Shown here one piece after another: positions 30,916 to 40,317 of a stretch of 64,000 nt of DNA (positions within the stretch are counted from its first letter, which is position 1; each line of letters begins with the position of its first letter). The DNA is from a virus. Lineage: Duplodnaviria > Heunggongvirae > Uroviricota > Caudoviricetes. The notes under the pieces were generated by a model. That model searched no databases. It was not told the DNA's origin and saw nothing but the letters and a program-made list of their open reading frames with translations. The position numbers were made by a program, and so were the translations under genes. Location: the IMG/VR virus record IMGVR_UViG_3300005748_000132, positions 20,180-84,179 of that record. One strand, written 5' to 3'.

Positions 30916-31326
30916 TTAGTTACCACTACTTCCGTAAGAACCTTCACCTCTTTCAGTTTCAGAAAGCTCATCAACTTCTTCAAACTCTACCTTTGGAAAT
31001 GGTAATATGATAAGCTGTCCGATTCTGTCACCTACTTTGTAAGGATACTTACCTCTTAGAAACTTAAACGTAACTTCTCCACGAAATCCAGCATCGAGAA
31101 CACCTACTGAGTTACGGAGGGTTAGACCAGTTTTTGCGATACTACTCCTAGGGAAGATGAGTCCTACATGTCCCTCAGGTATTTCAAATGCAAGTCCTGT
31201 TCCGTAGACTATGTTCATACCTTCTATTTTCATACTGGTCGCTGTAAGGTCTAGTCCAGCGTCAAGGTCTTTTGCGTAACTTGGGATAACGACTTCTTCT
31301 ACTAGTTTTTTAATTTTTACTTTCAT
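30916..31326 (-). CDS. dut: dUTP diphosphatase (trimeric dUTPase)
   Basis: Motifs AGLDL, PRSS, VGVLDAGFRGEV. Confidence 0.85.
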   Translation of the reverse strand: MKVKIKKLVEEVVIPSYAKDLDAGLDLTATSMKIEGMNIVYGTGLAFEIPEGHVGLIFPRSSIAKTGLTLRNSVGVLDAGFRGEVTFKFLRGKYPYKVGDRIGQLIILPFPKVEFEEVDELSETERGEGSYGSSGN

Positions 31327-31873
31327 TTTTCTCCTCTAAAATATCAACTATGTGTTTTTCTACCATTTCTCCACATTCTATTATTTTGTAATTAATATTT
31401 ATAGAATCCATAAAGTCTTTTATCTCTATATCAAACTGTTTAGCTTCTTCCTCTGTTTGTAACCTACCAGAAGGGTTATATTCTTTCTGTCTAACTAAAA
31501 ATATATGTTCAACTTTATAATTATTATCTTTACAAAATTGATGATGTTGTTTTAATAAAACTCTACAAGCTCCAAATCCTTTTTCATATTTATCATACTT
31601 ATCTCCGTAGTATATTGATAATGCCATAGGTGAATCCGATATTATGAAATCCAATCCTTCTTTTATGTATTGTCTTTCTTTTCTAGCTTGTTTTGAAAAT
31701 ATATAAGATTGATCACCTTCTTTTATCTCTCTACCTTCCCACACCCATTCTTTTACATACTCTCTATTCATTTCACAATTATAACCTTTCTTTTTTAATA
31801 AGTTGAATATTCCAGCACAGGTTGTAGATTTTCCTGTTCCCGGTCCTCCCCATAGACATACAATTTTTCTCAT
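31310..31873 (-). CDS. P-loop nucleotide kinase-like protein (dNMP/thymidylate-kinase-like)
   Basis: Walker A GGPGTGKST near the N-terminus; overlaps dUTPase in a nucleotide-metabolism cluster. Confidence 0.45.
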   Translation of the reverse strand: MRKIVCLWGGPGTGKSTTCAGIFNLLKKKGYNCEMNREYVKEWVWEGREIKEGDQSYIFSKQARKERQYIKEGLDFIISDSPMALSIYYGDKYDKYEKGFGACRVLLKQHHQFCKDNNYKVEHIFLVRQKEYNPSGRLQTEEEAKQFDIEIKDFMDSININYKIIECGEMVEKHIVDILEEKNESKN

Positions 31874-32349
31874 TTCTCTAACTCCTCTATTTGTCTTATT
31901 CTTTCATTACACACATGAATTATTTTTTCATAATCCATTTTCCTACTTTGACTTTTTTTATTTCTCAGCACCCTTTTCACTATATCTGCATCCCAAGGGT
32001 TTAAATCATATTCCAACCAAATATCCCAAGGTTGTATTTTAAAATCAGCATAGTTAGAATCACCTACGTTATAACTTCTTATATCACCAGTCTGTTTATC
32101 AAAAGCTGAGTTACTATCTGGTTTTGTAGTGTCCGAACTCTCCGACACTAGTTCTAGTTCATCCTCATCTAAAGAAAAACAATACCCATTTTTTCCTAAC
32201 CCTTTAGCATCGTGTCCTAACTCTATAGGTTCATTAAATTCTACATAAGGAATATTGCTGTCATCTAATACAGTTCCTATCTTGTTTTTTAAATCTGAAT
32301 AGTAATCACTTATATACCTAACCTTATCACCTACTCTAAACTTACTCAT
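31870..32349 (-). CDS. hypothetical protein (159 aa), N-terminal domain paralogous to 56357..56683
   Basis: N-terminus MSKFRVGDKVRYI matches MMSKFKVGDRVKFI of the other gene. Confidence 0.45.
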   Translation of the reverse strand: MSKFRVGDKVRYISDYYSDLKNKIGTVLDDSNIPYVEFNEPIELGHDAKGLGKNGYCFSLDEDELELVSESSDTTKPDSNSAFDKQTGDIRSYNVGDSNYADFKIQPWDIWLEYDLNPWDADIVKRVLRNKKSQSRKMDYEKIIHVCNERIRQIEELEK

Positions 32350-32743
32350 CTCTATACTCCTTTCTTAAAAACTTGTCAATGCTATTACTTTTCAAGTCAC
32401 CCACCTTCTCCCCTTTGATCCTGTCAGCTACAAAATAGTAAGCTTTCCAGAACCACTTTTGAAAGAAGAATCCGTGGTACATTCTGAGTCTCGGATACCC
32501 TTTGACCATCTGCTTATCGAAGTCGTAAATAGCCTTAATTCGTCTGAACCATGACCTGATACGAACGTCTGTCTCTTTTACTACCATAGGTTTATCGTTA
32601 ACTTTAACAATAAGTTGGCTATTTTCTAGGTCGTTACTAACTACTTTTACGAAGGTCACTTTTGAGCCTTTTTCGAGGAAGTTAGGACTGTCTTTTCTAC
32701 CTAGGTCTTGGGTTGTTATAAGTGTTTCGTTATCTTTGTACAT
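32342..32743 (-). CDS. hypothetical protein (133 aa)
   Basis: ORF. Confidence 0.4.
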   Translation of the reverse strand: MYKDNETLITTQDLGRKDSPNFLEKGSKVTFVKVVSNDLENSQLIVKVNDKPMVVKETDVRIRSWFRRIKAIYDFDKQMVKGYPRLRMYHGFFFQKWFWKAYYFVADRIKGEKVGDLKSNSIDKFLRKEYRDE

Positions 32744-32745
32744 AA

Positions 32746-33108
32746 CTACTCCTTATCAAGTTCTTTTATCTTCTTAACAATAAAGTCCATAAACTTTATG
32801 TTGTCTCTAAGTATAGCAAAAACCCTAGGACTTGTCAAGCGAATCAGGTTCTCTTCTCGTTTATTCAAACTCTCTGTATCATGGTTAAATATAGCGTCGG
32901 ATAGCTCGAACATTACGACATGCTCTAATTCATGTATAAGAGTCTCAATTACATTCTGATTAGACCTATTTTTGTAGTAGATTCTAACCTCTTTTAAATC
33001 CCTGTCAGTCTCTCCGAAATCAGAAGCTTCTATATCTATAAACTTAATAGTCCAGTCAAAACCTAAGTATCTGAAAGTAAGCTGTTCTGGATATCTTTTT
33101 TTACTCAT
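32746..33108 (-). CDS. HExxH zinc-metallopeptidase-like protein (SprT/ImmA-like, 120 aa)
   Basis: LIHELEHVVMFE motif. Confidence 0.4.
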   Translation of the reverse strand: MSKKRYPEQLTFRYLGFDWTIKFIDIEASDFGETDRDLKEVRIYYKNRSNQNVIETLIHELEHVVMFELSDAIFNHDTESLNKREENLIRLTSPRVFAILRDNIKFMDFIVKKIKELDKE

Positions 33109-34349
33109 TAAAATTTACCTTTGAATGGTTCAATAAGCTTATCAAGTTCTTCTTCTTTATCAGCAGATATAACTTGCACACTTCTCAAATCACCTACCAC
33201 ATGATCTTCGGTTACTTCGAATACCTGCTGAGTAGGGTTATTAGAGGTTATTCCGATAGATAAAGCAAACTCGTCAACACCTGACAAACTACCGTTAGTT
33301 AACATAACTACTCCGTTAGGTAATATCTGCTTAGTGTCAACATGAACATGTCCGACAGCTACAGCGTCTATGTGACCAATGCCTTCTTTTAGGTCATTGA
33401 TCTTATTCTTAGCATTTTGTACGTTTATAGACTTACCCGGATATCCCACATTAAGTACAGTATCGCTGTGAGTAAATAAGAATTTGTGTCCTAAAATATC
33501 TACATAAGCATAAGGAGCTACTGGAATCTCAAACTCTACGTTTTTATGCTGCTTTAAAGCGTATTTTAAACCTACATGAAGTATTGTCGCAAAAGAGTCC
33601 CATTTCTCTCTGGTCTGTCTAGCTTTATTACCTTTGTGCATCATCCTAGCGTGGTTTCCAGTTGTACATACCACTTTAACCTTTTTAAACTCAGAAGCTA
33701 AATAAGATATTGACTGAGTTAGTAAGTGCATGGCAGCAGCCATTTGGGTAGTTATTGCTGGAGTAGACTCTTGATCATGAATAACTCCCTGAATAAGATC
33801 TCCATTCAAAGCAATCACAAGTTCTGTCTCAGCTCTATGTTGTTTCTTATAATTAGCTACTTCTCTAGTAAAGAAAGCTAACCTTCTAGCTTCTTCGACA
33901 GGTCCGTACTTATTGATTCCACCCATCTCTTCTTCGTCGATATCTGCATGGAAATGAGTATCTGATAAGTGCATTACAGTAACTCTTTTTGTAGGTTTTT
34001 TAGACTTAATCTTAACCGGTTCGTAAATTACAGGAGGGTTTTCTTTGAGAATAGTTTCAAAATCTTCTAAGAATTTCTCTCTCTGTACGATGTTATCCAA
34101 TATTACCTTATTTTCTTTAGCAACTTTACTCTTAGCTTTTCTAGTACTATGTAACCTTTTCAAACTATCGATATGAGCTTCCTCTGATAAGTTGTAGTCA
34201 CTATACGTATCTATACAATGTTTTATACTATTAGTACTTCTATTAGTGTCAAACTTTTGATTATACTTCTCAGTAATTTCGTGTCTAGAACCACCTTTTT
34301 CATAAAGATCTATTACAAAATTAATCTCTTTCTCAGTCCACTTACTCAT
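33108..34349 (-). CDS. calcineurin-like metallophosphoesterase (Mre11/SbcD-like) with extra N-terminal domain
   Basis: Motifs LSDTHFHAD (DxH), NGDL, TGNHARM, AVGHVHVD (GHxH). Confidence 0.55.
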   Translation of the reverse strand: MSKWTEKEINFVIDLYEKGGSRHEITEKYNQKFDTNRSTNSIKHCIDTYSDYNLSEEAHIDSLKRLHSTRKAKSKVAKENKVILDNIVQREKFLEDFETILKENPPVIYEPVKIKSKKPTKRVTVMHLSDTHFHADIDEEEMGGINKYGPVEEARRLAFFTREVANYKKQHRAETELVIALNGDLIQGVIHDQESTPAITTQMAAAMHLLTQSISYLASEFKKVKVVCTTGNHARMMHKGNKARQTREKWDSFATILHVGLKYALKQHKNVEFEIPVAPYAYVDILGHKFLFTHSDTVLNVGYPGKSINVQNAKNKINDLKEGIGHIDAVAVGHVHVDTKQILPNGVVMLTNGSLSGVDEFALSIGITSNNPTQQVFEVTEDHVVGDLRSVQVISADKEEELDKLIEPFKGKF

Positions 34350-34596
34350 CTTCGCTCCTAATATTAATTTCCAGCCCTAAACCAAAACCTAGAACCATTC
34401 CTTCTATTTTAACATATAAACTATTTCGTGTCAAGCGGAAACCTGTAGGTAACAGAAGCTTCTTCTCAACATGCTCTTTTCCGACAATATTTACAGTAGT
34501 GTCGCTACTTATCTCAGGTAGTACAAAAAATAAACTATATTGGTAACCCTTCTTTACCCAGTGACCACCTTGTACCATATCGAGCCTACTCTTCAT
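34342..34596 (-). CDS. hypothetical protein (84 aa)
   Basis: ORF. Confidence 0.35.
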   Translation of the reverse strand: MKSRLDMVQGGHWVKKGYQYSLFFVLPEISSDTTVNIVGKEHVEKKLLLPTGFRLTRNSLYVKIEGMVLGFGLGLEINIRSEDE

Positions 34597-34792
34597 CTTC
34601 CCACTCGTTTGCTACTATATTTACATAAGCTCCGAAAGCGCTCTCACTTCTCTCTACGATTCTTTTAGGAGGTTGCATACCTAATCTCTCAGCTCTACTC
34701 AGTAACATGTCAATTCTGTGATAGTCACTAGCTTCTTTTGGTATAGTTCTTTCAAAACTCAAAAGCTCATCTATCATTTTACTTCTTTTCAT
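34586..34792 (-). CDS. hypothetical protein (68 aa)
   Basis: ORF. Confidence 0.35.
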   Translation of the reverse strand: MKRSKMIDELLSFERTIPKEASDYHRIDMLLSRAERLGMQPPKRIVERSESAFGAYVNIVANEWEDEE

Positions 34793-35414
34793 TTTTTACC
34801 TCGTTCATTTTATACCTACTTATCCAACTTTCTACAGCAGATAAGCTCACTGGTCTATAATCGTTACCTACTACAGATATATCCCACTGTTTACCAGATT
34901 TCATACCTTCTTTATCTGAATGTAAATGTCCGTGAAGATGATATTGTCCTTCGTTTTCTACTGAAAATTTAGTGTGGCGAAATTCACCGTGCCAATTTTC
35001 ACCTTCTTCACTGTTTCTCATTTTAGAAGTGTCTTCTCTGAAAACTCCTCGCAATGGGCAGTGTGACAAGGTCACTCTTTCACCTGCTATATATAAAGTA
35101 GCTGAATATAAAACTACATCAAAACCTATATTGTACATCCTATTTACGTTACCGTCATGGTTTCCTAGTATACAAACCTTAGTACCATTAAGTTTTCCTA
35201 TGAACTCTTTTAAGATCTCGATATTAGTCATACCTACATCTCCCAGAAAGTAACAAACTCCGTTTTCTGGAACAATAGCGTTATAATTGTTAGTGAGTAC
35301 TTTGTGCATATGTTCCAAGTCTCTAAAAGGTCTGCTGTCGAAACCTATACAGTTCTTGTGACCTATGTGTAAGTCGCTTGTAAAAAAGACAGGTTTCCTG
35401 TTTTGATCCATCAA
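34779..35414 (-). CDS. metallophosphoesterase (Ser/Thr-phosphatase/ApaH-like, 211 aa)
   Basis: Motifs TSDLHIGH, LGDVGMT, LGNHDGN, HGHLHS. Confidence 0.6.
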   Translation of the reverse strand: MMDQNRKPVFFTSDLHIGHKNCIGFDSRPFRDLEHMHKVLTNNYNAIVPENGVCYFLGDVGMTNIEILKEFIGKLNGTKVCILGNHDGNVNRMYNIGFDVVLYSATLYIAGERVTLSHCPLRGVFREDTSKMRNSEEGENWHGEFRHTKFSVENEGQYHLHGHLHSDKEGMKSGKQWDISVVGNDYRPVSLSAVESWISRYKMNEVKNEKK

Positions 35415-35653
35415 AACGTCCTTTGATTCTTTCTAGCTTCCGTAAGTTCTCCGTAAAGTTTTCTAGCTTTTTTATGTGCGTGGATTATCGACAATAATAA
35501 GTTTATAGTGTTGCGATTTTGTCTAATAAGTTCTTGCACATATCTTTGTATATCAGGTCTTTTACTCTTTTGTAGAAGCTTCTTTTGAACTTTTATAACG
35601 GATTCGTTTAGTTTGAGCTTTTTCAAAGCTTCCTCGTAACTTAGGTTATTCAT
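35411..35653 (-). CDS. hypothetical basic helical protein (80 aa)
   Basis: ORF. Confidence 0.35.
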   Translation of the reverse strand: MNNLSYEEALKKLKLNESVIKVQKKLLQKSKRPDIQRYVQELIRQNRNTINLLLSIIHAHKKARKLYGELTEARKNQRTF

Positions 35654-35880
35654 TGTAAAAACCCTCCTCCAAAATCATCGTCATCTTCATCTTCCAGTAT
35701 GATACCTTCTCCAGATTCCAACTCTACTTCAACTCCGATAACATCAGCCATTTCTTGAATTTTCTCTAAGCTGCTTATTATGATGGACTCTCCTGTGTAA
35801 ATGAAGCAATCAAGCTCTGGTGTAAGCTCTTGAATGTCCATGATAAGCTCCATTAACCTTTCTTTGTCGTCTAAGTTCAT
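35650..35880 (-). CDS. small acidic protein with EDEDDDDFGGGF tail (76 aa)
   Basis: The C-terminal acidic run plus a Phe resembles SSB-type C-terminal tail peptides. Confidence 0.35.
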   Translation of the reverse strand: MNLDDKERLMELIMDIQELTPELDCFIYTGESIIISSLEKIQEMADVIGVEVELESGEGIILEDEDDDDFGGGFLQ

Positions 35881-36248
35881 TTTTTACCTTTGTTTTTATT
35901 AAAGTGGTAAGTATATTGGAAATCTTCTTCGTAAATAGAGTGACCTAGTATTTCGTCTTCTGTGTAGTCTGATATAAAATCTACGAACTTTTTTATTTCA
36001 TTATCGTAGTTTTTCATATCTGTTTTTATAATAAGTATTCTTGTATTTTCAGGAGAAGAGTAATATCCCCACTCTTCCTCCTCTAATTTACACCCAGATA
36101 TCAAATGAGTGTATCTTTTACATTTGAAAAATTCGTGGTCAGAAAAAGGAACCTCGTATTCTTGCAAGTTAATATAATTAAGTAAGTCTCTAGTTTTATC
36201 GTTAATTGGTATTTTTATAGTAGCTTCATACTCTGTGTACATTCCCAT
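35877..36248 (-). CDS. hypothetical protein (123 aa)
   Basis: ORF. Confidence 0.4.
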   Translation of the reverse strand: MGMYTEYEATIKIPINDKTRDLLNYINLQEYEVPFSDHEFFKCKRYTHLISGCKLEEEEWGYYSSPENTRILIIKTDMKNYDNEIKKFVDFISDYTEDEILGHSIYEEDFQYTYHFNKNKGKK

Positions 36249-36571
36249 TATAACTCTCCTAAGTCAACTAACTCTTTATACTCAACTATTTTGTTCAATC
36301 TCGGTACATAGTAAACCGTCCTAGTTCTTTTAGTAGCTTCATCTACCATTTTACCTAGGAAGTCGTCGTGTTTTTCATAAAGTTGTGTGTATGAAATATT
36401 CAAATCTGTAAAACCTCGGCTGAGATTATCCACCTTATATTCCAGTGTTTCTACGTCCTGCTCTAACACTCTATTTTGTTCCTTGAGTTCGGAATTAGCT
36501 ATCATTTCCCTTATAAAAAAGTATACTGTAAAGCCTGTTATTGCTAGTAGTGTCGGTAAATGTATTGTCAT
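36248..36571 (-). CDS. membrane-anchored protein, tandem paralog A (107 aa)
   Basis: N-terminal TM; C-terminus …YYVPRLNKIVEYKELVDLGEL matches the neighbouring gene. Confidence 0.45.
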   Translation of the reverse strand: MTIHLPTLLAITGFTVYFFIREMIANSELKEQNRVLEQDVETLEYKVDNLSRGFTDLNISYTQLYEKHDDFLGKMVDEATKRTRTVYYVPRLNKIVEYKELVDLGEL

Positions 36572-36822
36572 TAAATCTCTCCTAAAAGCCGTAGTTCCTC
36601 GTAAGTAACTATCTCGTTAATCCTAGGTACGTAGTAAACTGAGTTCATTCTTTGTATCTCTATATCTATCATACTGAATTGATAGTCTGAAAATTTCTGA
36701 GAAACTGCTTCAGTATTCAATTTATGAAGATTTATGCCTTCTTGTAAATCTGACAATACCTTCCTGTGATATAGGATACCACCTATTAAGGTTAAAGTCA
36801 ATACTATTGTTAAAATTGTCAT
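36571..36822 (-). CDS. membrane-anchored protein, tandem paralog B (83 aa)
   Basis: N-terminal TM; C-terminus …YYVPRINEIVTYEELRLLGEI. Confidence 0.45.
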   Translation of the reverse strand: MTILTIVLTLTLIGGILYHRKVLSDLQEGINLHKLNTEAVSQKFSDYQFSMIDIEIQRMNSVYYVPRINEIVTYEELRLLGEI

Positions 36823-37100
36823 TTATTAATCTCCTTTACTTCGGGTTTGTTTAGAAACTCTTCATACTGGTTTCCTGTCCAACTAACATCGTCCTCAGCT
36901 CTCTCAATAAGCGCACAAGCCTCCTTCAAAAGCTCTTTTAGTCGCTGGTTTTCTTGTTGTGAATTATCAGAGCCACGATCGTAAAAATACTCACACATAT
37001 TTCTCAATACAAACTCATCAAATGAATCAGGAGCATCATTGTCAGATTCTTCCTTGTAGCCAGTTAACACATCTTTATATATATTTAAAAAATCACTCAT
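36819..37100 (-). CDS. hypothetical acidic protein (93 aa)
   Basis: ORF. Confidence 0.35.
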   Translation of the reverse strand: MSDFLNIYKDVLTGYKEESDNDAPDSFDEFVLRNMCEYFYDRGSDNSQQENQRLKELLKEACALIERAEDDVSWTGNQYEEFLNKPEVKEINK

Positions 37101-37327
37101 CTCAACTCCTTTGCTTTTTGTAGTACTTGCCTAGCGTAAGCACCACATGACAACTCTTCTTCCAAAATTGGCAAATAATACCCCAAAGCCGCCTCAAGTA
37201 TCTCGACTTTCTTTTGAAGTTTTTCAATATATTCAACAATGTTTAAGTTATCGGAGCAATCAGCACAAGTAGCAATTTGTCCGTAGTAAGTAAACACTCT
37301 ACTGTCGTTACATGTTTTACACTTCAC
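37097..37327 (-). CDS. zinc-ribbon protein (76 aa)
   Basis: CKTCND…CADCSD. Confidence 0.4.
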   Translation of the reverse strand: MKCKTCNDSRVFTYYGQIATCADCSDNLNIVEYIEKLQKKVEILEAALGYYLPILEEELSCGAYARQVLQKAKELR

Positions 37328-37671
37328 CTCATAACCTCCTTATTTACCCTAATCGCGACACTAGTAGCTAAAACCCCTATAAAGAAAGCCCCTAATACGT
37401 TCATATAGCTATCATATTTCGCTTCTGTGAGCTTCCGTCTAGTAACCCTAGCTTGGTCTTTATGGAACTCTATAAGCTGTTCCTGAGTGATTCTGAGGTC
37501 TTCTAGGACTATTACCTTCTTCTCTGCTTTAATTAGTTTGTCAACCCTCTCGTTTGTGACTAATGTCCCAGTAAAAGGAGCTGGTTCACCTTGTTCTAGT
37601 AGTGTCGCAGTTTGAGCAAAACTACTTGTTGAGATAATCGACGTTATCAGAAGGAGTGTTAATACTCTCAT
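37324..37671 (-). CDS. exported/membrane protein (115 aa)
   Basis: Signal peptide MRVLTLLLITSIISTSSFAQ; C-terminal hydrophobic segment; SD GGAGG 6 nt upstream. Confidence 0.5.
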   Translation of the reverse strand: MRVLTLLLITSIISTSSFAQTATLLEQGEPAPFTGTLVTNERVDKLIKAEKKVIVLEDLRITQEQLIEFHKDQARVTRRKLTEAKYDSYMNVLGAFFIGVLATSVAIRVNKEVMR

Positions 37672-37779
37672 CTATATCCTCCAGTTTATTTTCTAAGTCC
37701 TCTATCTTATCTTCAAGTTCTTTCTGCTTTCTAGGCTTTTTTCTAAATAGCTCTATTAGCCACGATATTAGTTTCTTAA

Positions 37780-38583
37780 TCATTTTTTATCCACGTTTAG
37801 TAGTATATTAGAACCACTAGATTTAGTTAGATCGCTAAGTACCTCGTTTCTCTCTTGTTGAATTTGGTAATCCATGAGTTCTTTAATTGTAACTCCTACT
37901 TTATTAGCTATCTGATTAAGTCTTTCCATTTCTTTCTGCTTAACTTCAAGCTCTTTTAACATGAGTTCTTCTTTACTTTTTACTAATGATAGTTTTTGAG
38001 CAACCAATGACCTATTTTGAAAAGATTTTTCTATTTCAGGCATTAAATTAATAGTCTTAGTGTCAACATCCACAATGTCATAAGCACCGTACATTAATTT
38101 AGAAACACCGTTCACAATCTTCTCTTCTATTCTTTTTTCAAGTAGAGACCTCTCGTCAACAAATTCCTGATAAGTAAACTCTTGAAATGCTTTAATTGTA
38201 GCAGAATTTACTATCTGTTCCAATTTATTATACCCTAATACATAGCTTTCATTTTCTTCAATATAGTTAATTTCTTTAGTTTCTTTATATAACTCTACCA
38301 CTTTTTCTCGGATTAACCTGACTGTGACTGTAAGATCTACGTCCTCAAACTTCATACCTTTCTTATCTTTAGGTTGTAGGTTATTTACTTCAACTCTGAT
38401 ATCTGTAGCATCTACTTCATTAAAGCTAGTAAAGGGTTTAAAAGTTAAACCACTAGTAGCTAATTCGTTATGGACATTCTTTGAAAAGGTGTCTACTACA
38501 ATCGCAACACTACCGTTATCTACAGAATGGAATCCACAACTTACAAACCCTGTTAGTAACATTAAAAATAAAGTAATTTTCAT
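37780..38583 (-). CDS. SPFH/band-7 (stomatin/HflKC-like) lipoprotein
   Basis: Lipobox LTGFVSCG. SPFH-like segments VDNGSVAIVVDTFSK, SGLTFKPFTSF, KFEDVDLTVTVRLI. C-terminal coiled coil. Confidence 0.55.
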   Translation of the reverse strand: MKITLFLMLLTGFVSCGFHSVDNGSVAIVVDTFSKNVHNELATSGLTFKPFTSFNEVDATDIRVEVNNLQPKDKKGMKFEDVDLTVTVRLIREKVVELYKETKEINYIEENESYVLGYNKLEQIVNSATIKAFQEFTYQEFVDERSLLEKRIEEKIVNGVSKLMYGAYDIVDVDTKTINLMPEIEKSFQNRSLVAQKLSLVKSKEELMLKELEVKQKEMERLNQIANKVGVTIKELMDYQIQQERNEVLSDLTKSSGSNILLNVDKK

Positions 38584-39011
38584 AATTTTTCTCCTACGTA
38601 TTTATCTAGTTTTTTCTTAAGCTCTAAAGCTTCTTGAGGACTCAAGTAAACACCATCGTCATCCTTAAATAAGTATACACCATCATCGTCAAAATTGCAA
38701 GTAGTTTCTCCAATAATTTCTATAGTGTCGAGGTTTTTGACCATTTCTTCAATAAGTTGTTCTTCTGTAACTTTTGAAGGATTTGTTATTACCATATCTC
38801 CAAAACTGAAAATATTGACATCTTCTTCATATAGATGAAGCTCTTCACGATCAAGTAAATGTTTTCTCCCTAACAAAGGTTTTAATACATAACAATATCC
38901 TCCTCGAAGGAATGAGAAATTTTTATTAATAAACTCAAAAGATTCGACACTACAAATAGTATTGTGATAATATATAAGTTCTCCTATTTCAAACATTTCT
39001 TCAAATTTCAT
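38580..39011 (-). CDS. hypothetical protein (143 aa)
   Basis: ORF. Confidence 0.4.
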   Translation of the reverse strand: MKFEEMFEIGELIYYHNTICSVESFEFINKNFSFLRGGYCYVLKPLLGRKHLLDREELHLYEEDVNIFSFGDMVITNPSKVTEEQLIEEMVKNLDTIEIIGETTCNFDDDGVYLFKDDDGVYLSPQEALELKKKLDKYVGEKL

Positions 39012-39018
39012 AACTCTC

Positions 39019-39390
39019 CTAATCCAAGTCGTAGTATTCTTCTAAGAAATCTAACATTGCTCTGATATTTTCTTTTTTCATATAGAAGATATAGCCGTTG
39101 TCTGCAAAGTAAGTATGTCTACATTCCCTTAAGGAGCTATCTTTACCTCCCGGTCCAGAAACTCTACACAATTCTTTGTAAAAGACACCCTCGTCCGACT
39201 CACTTTCCCATTCCAAGAATACAAAGTCGTACCAGTTATCGCTCTCATTGTAAGCTACTATAAAAGAGTCGTCACGAAGTTTTTTAACTATCTCGAAAAC
39301 ACCTAATAACTTTCCTATATTATACATAAACTCATCAGTGTTACTATAACAAGGTTCTTTGATTGTTTCTAATTTTCTATCAAGGTTCAT
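39019..39390 (-). CDS. hypothetical protein (123 aa)
   Basis: ORF. Confidence 0.4.
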   Translation of the reverse strand: MNLDRKLETIKEPCYSNTDEFMYNIGKLLGVFEIVKKLRDDSFIVAYNESDNWYDFVFLEWESESDEGVFYKELCRVSGPGGKDSSLRECRHTYFADNGYIFYMKKENIRAMLDFLEEYYDLD

Positions 39391-39611
39391 AACTCTCCTA
39401 AGTATTCAAACTCTAAAGTCTTATTTAGTATATCAAGAGTTTCTTTAGTTGTCAATACATGATTCCATTCTTCAGGTCTGTCATTACACATCTTCTTGTA
39501 TATCTCGTAAAAGTACATATCAGGATGGTACTCATTTTCTCCTAAACCGTAGTAAATTATTAAGTTACCTAGTTCTGAAAGGTAGTATCCTTGTTTACCC
39601 AGTTGGTTCAT
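39387..39611 (-). CDS. hypothetical protein (74 aa)
   Basis: ORF. Confidence 0.35.
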   Translation of the reverse strand: MNQLGKQGYYLSELGNLIIYYGLGENEYHPDMYFYEIYKKMCNDRPEEWNHVLTTKETLDILNKTLEFEYLGEL

Positions 39612-39831
39612 ATGGTATCCAGTTTTTCACGACACTATAAATCAAAGTTAGGTTCTTACTTCCTTTCGGTGTAATCCAGTGACAAACCTCGTTGTTACTT
39701 TTGTAAAATACAGAAGCTCGTAACTTGATTTTACCAGTTCGCTCACTTATATGGTGAACTTTGTCAACTCGTATAAATAAGCTGCTGTCGTGAGTTGCTG
39801 TGTAGTATCCTTGTTTCATTCTTCCTTCCAT
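39595..39831 (-). CDS. hypothetical protein (78 aa)
   Basis: ORF. Confidence 0.35.
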   Translation of the reverse strand: MEGRMKQGYYTATHDSSLFIRVDKVHHISERTGKIKLRASVFYKSNNEVCHWITPKGSKNLTLIYSVVKNWIPYEPTG

Positions 39832-40019
39832 TTGAAAAAACCTACGGTCATACCAGTGGTTTTATCTACATAAGAAGTCCCTTTTTCTCTTTCTAAGTTA
39901 GGTGGTAACATTCCACACCTCTCAAAAATCTTAATGGCATTTTCAACCTGTTCTTCGGTAGTAAACACAGTATTACTTTGACTCTTTAATACTTTCTTAA
40001 TAAACTCAGATTTCTTCAT
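39816..40019 (-). CDS. hypothetical protein (67 aa)
   Basis: ORF. Confidence 0.35.
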   Translation of the reverse strand: MKKSEFIKKVLKSQSNTVFTTEEQVENAIKIFERCGMLPPNLEREKGTSYVDKTTGMTVGFFKWKEE

Positions 40020-40317
40020 CTTTACCTTTTTTTATAGAATCGAATAAATCGTCTACACACTCTTCTGCGGTACCATAAGGACTTCCTTTACTGAGAACAG
40101 ATTTTAAGTTTCTACGAAGCATTTCTAACTCTTCTTGTAGCTTTTGATACTCTTTTTCTGACACTACTCTAACTTGTTCTATACCACATTCTTTCACACA
40201 CTCTCTATGAGCTTTTATTGACTTTTTTGAGAAGTATATGTCTACTCCGTTCCAATCATCAGGAAAGTGATATAGCCAATCTGTTCTACATACATACGCT
40301 TTATAGCTCATAATCAA
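40006..40317 (-). CDS. hypothetical protein (103 aa)
   Basis: ORF. Confidence 0.4.
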   Translation of the reverse strand: MIMSYKAYVCRTDWLYHFPDDWNGVDIYFSKKSIKAHRECVKECGIEQVRVVSEKEYQKLQEELEMLRRNLKSVLSKGSPYGTAEECVDDLFDSIKKGKDEEI

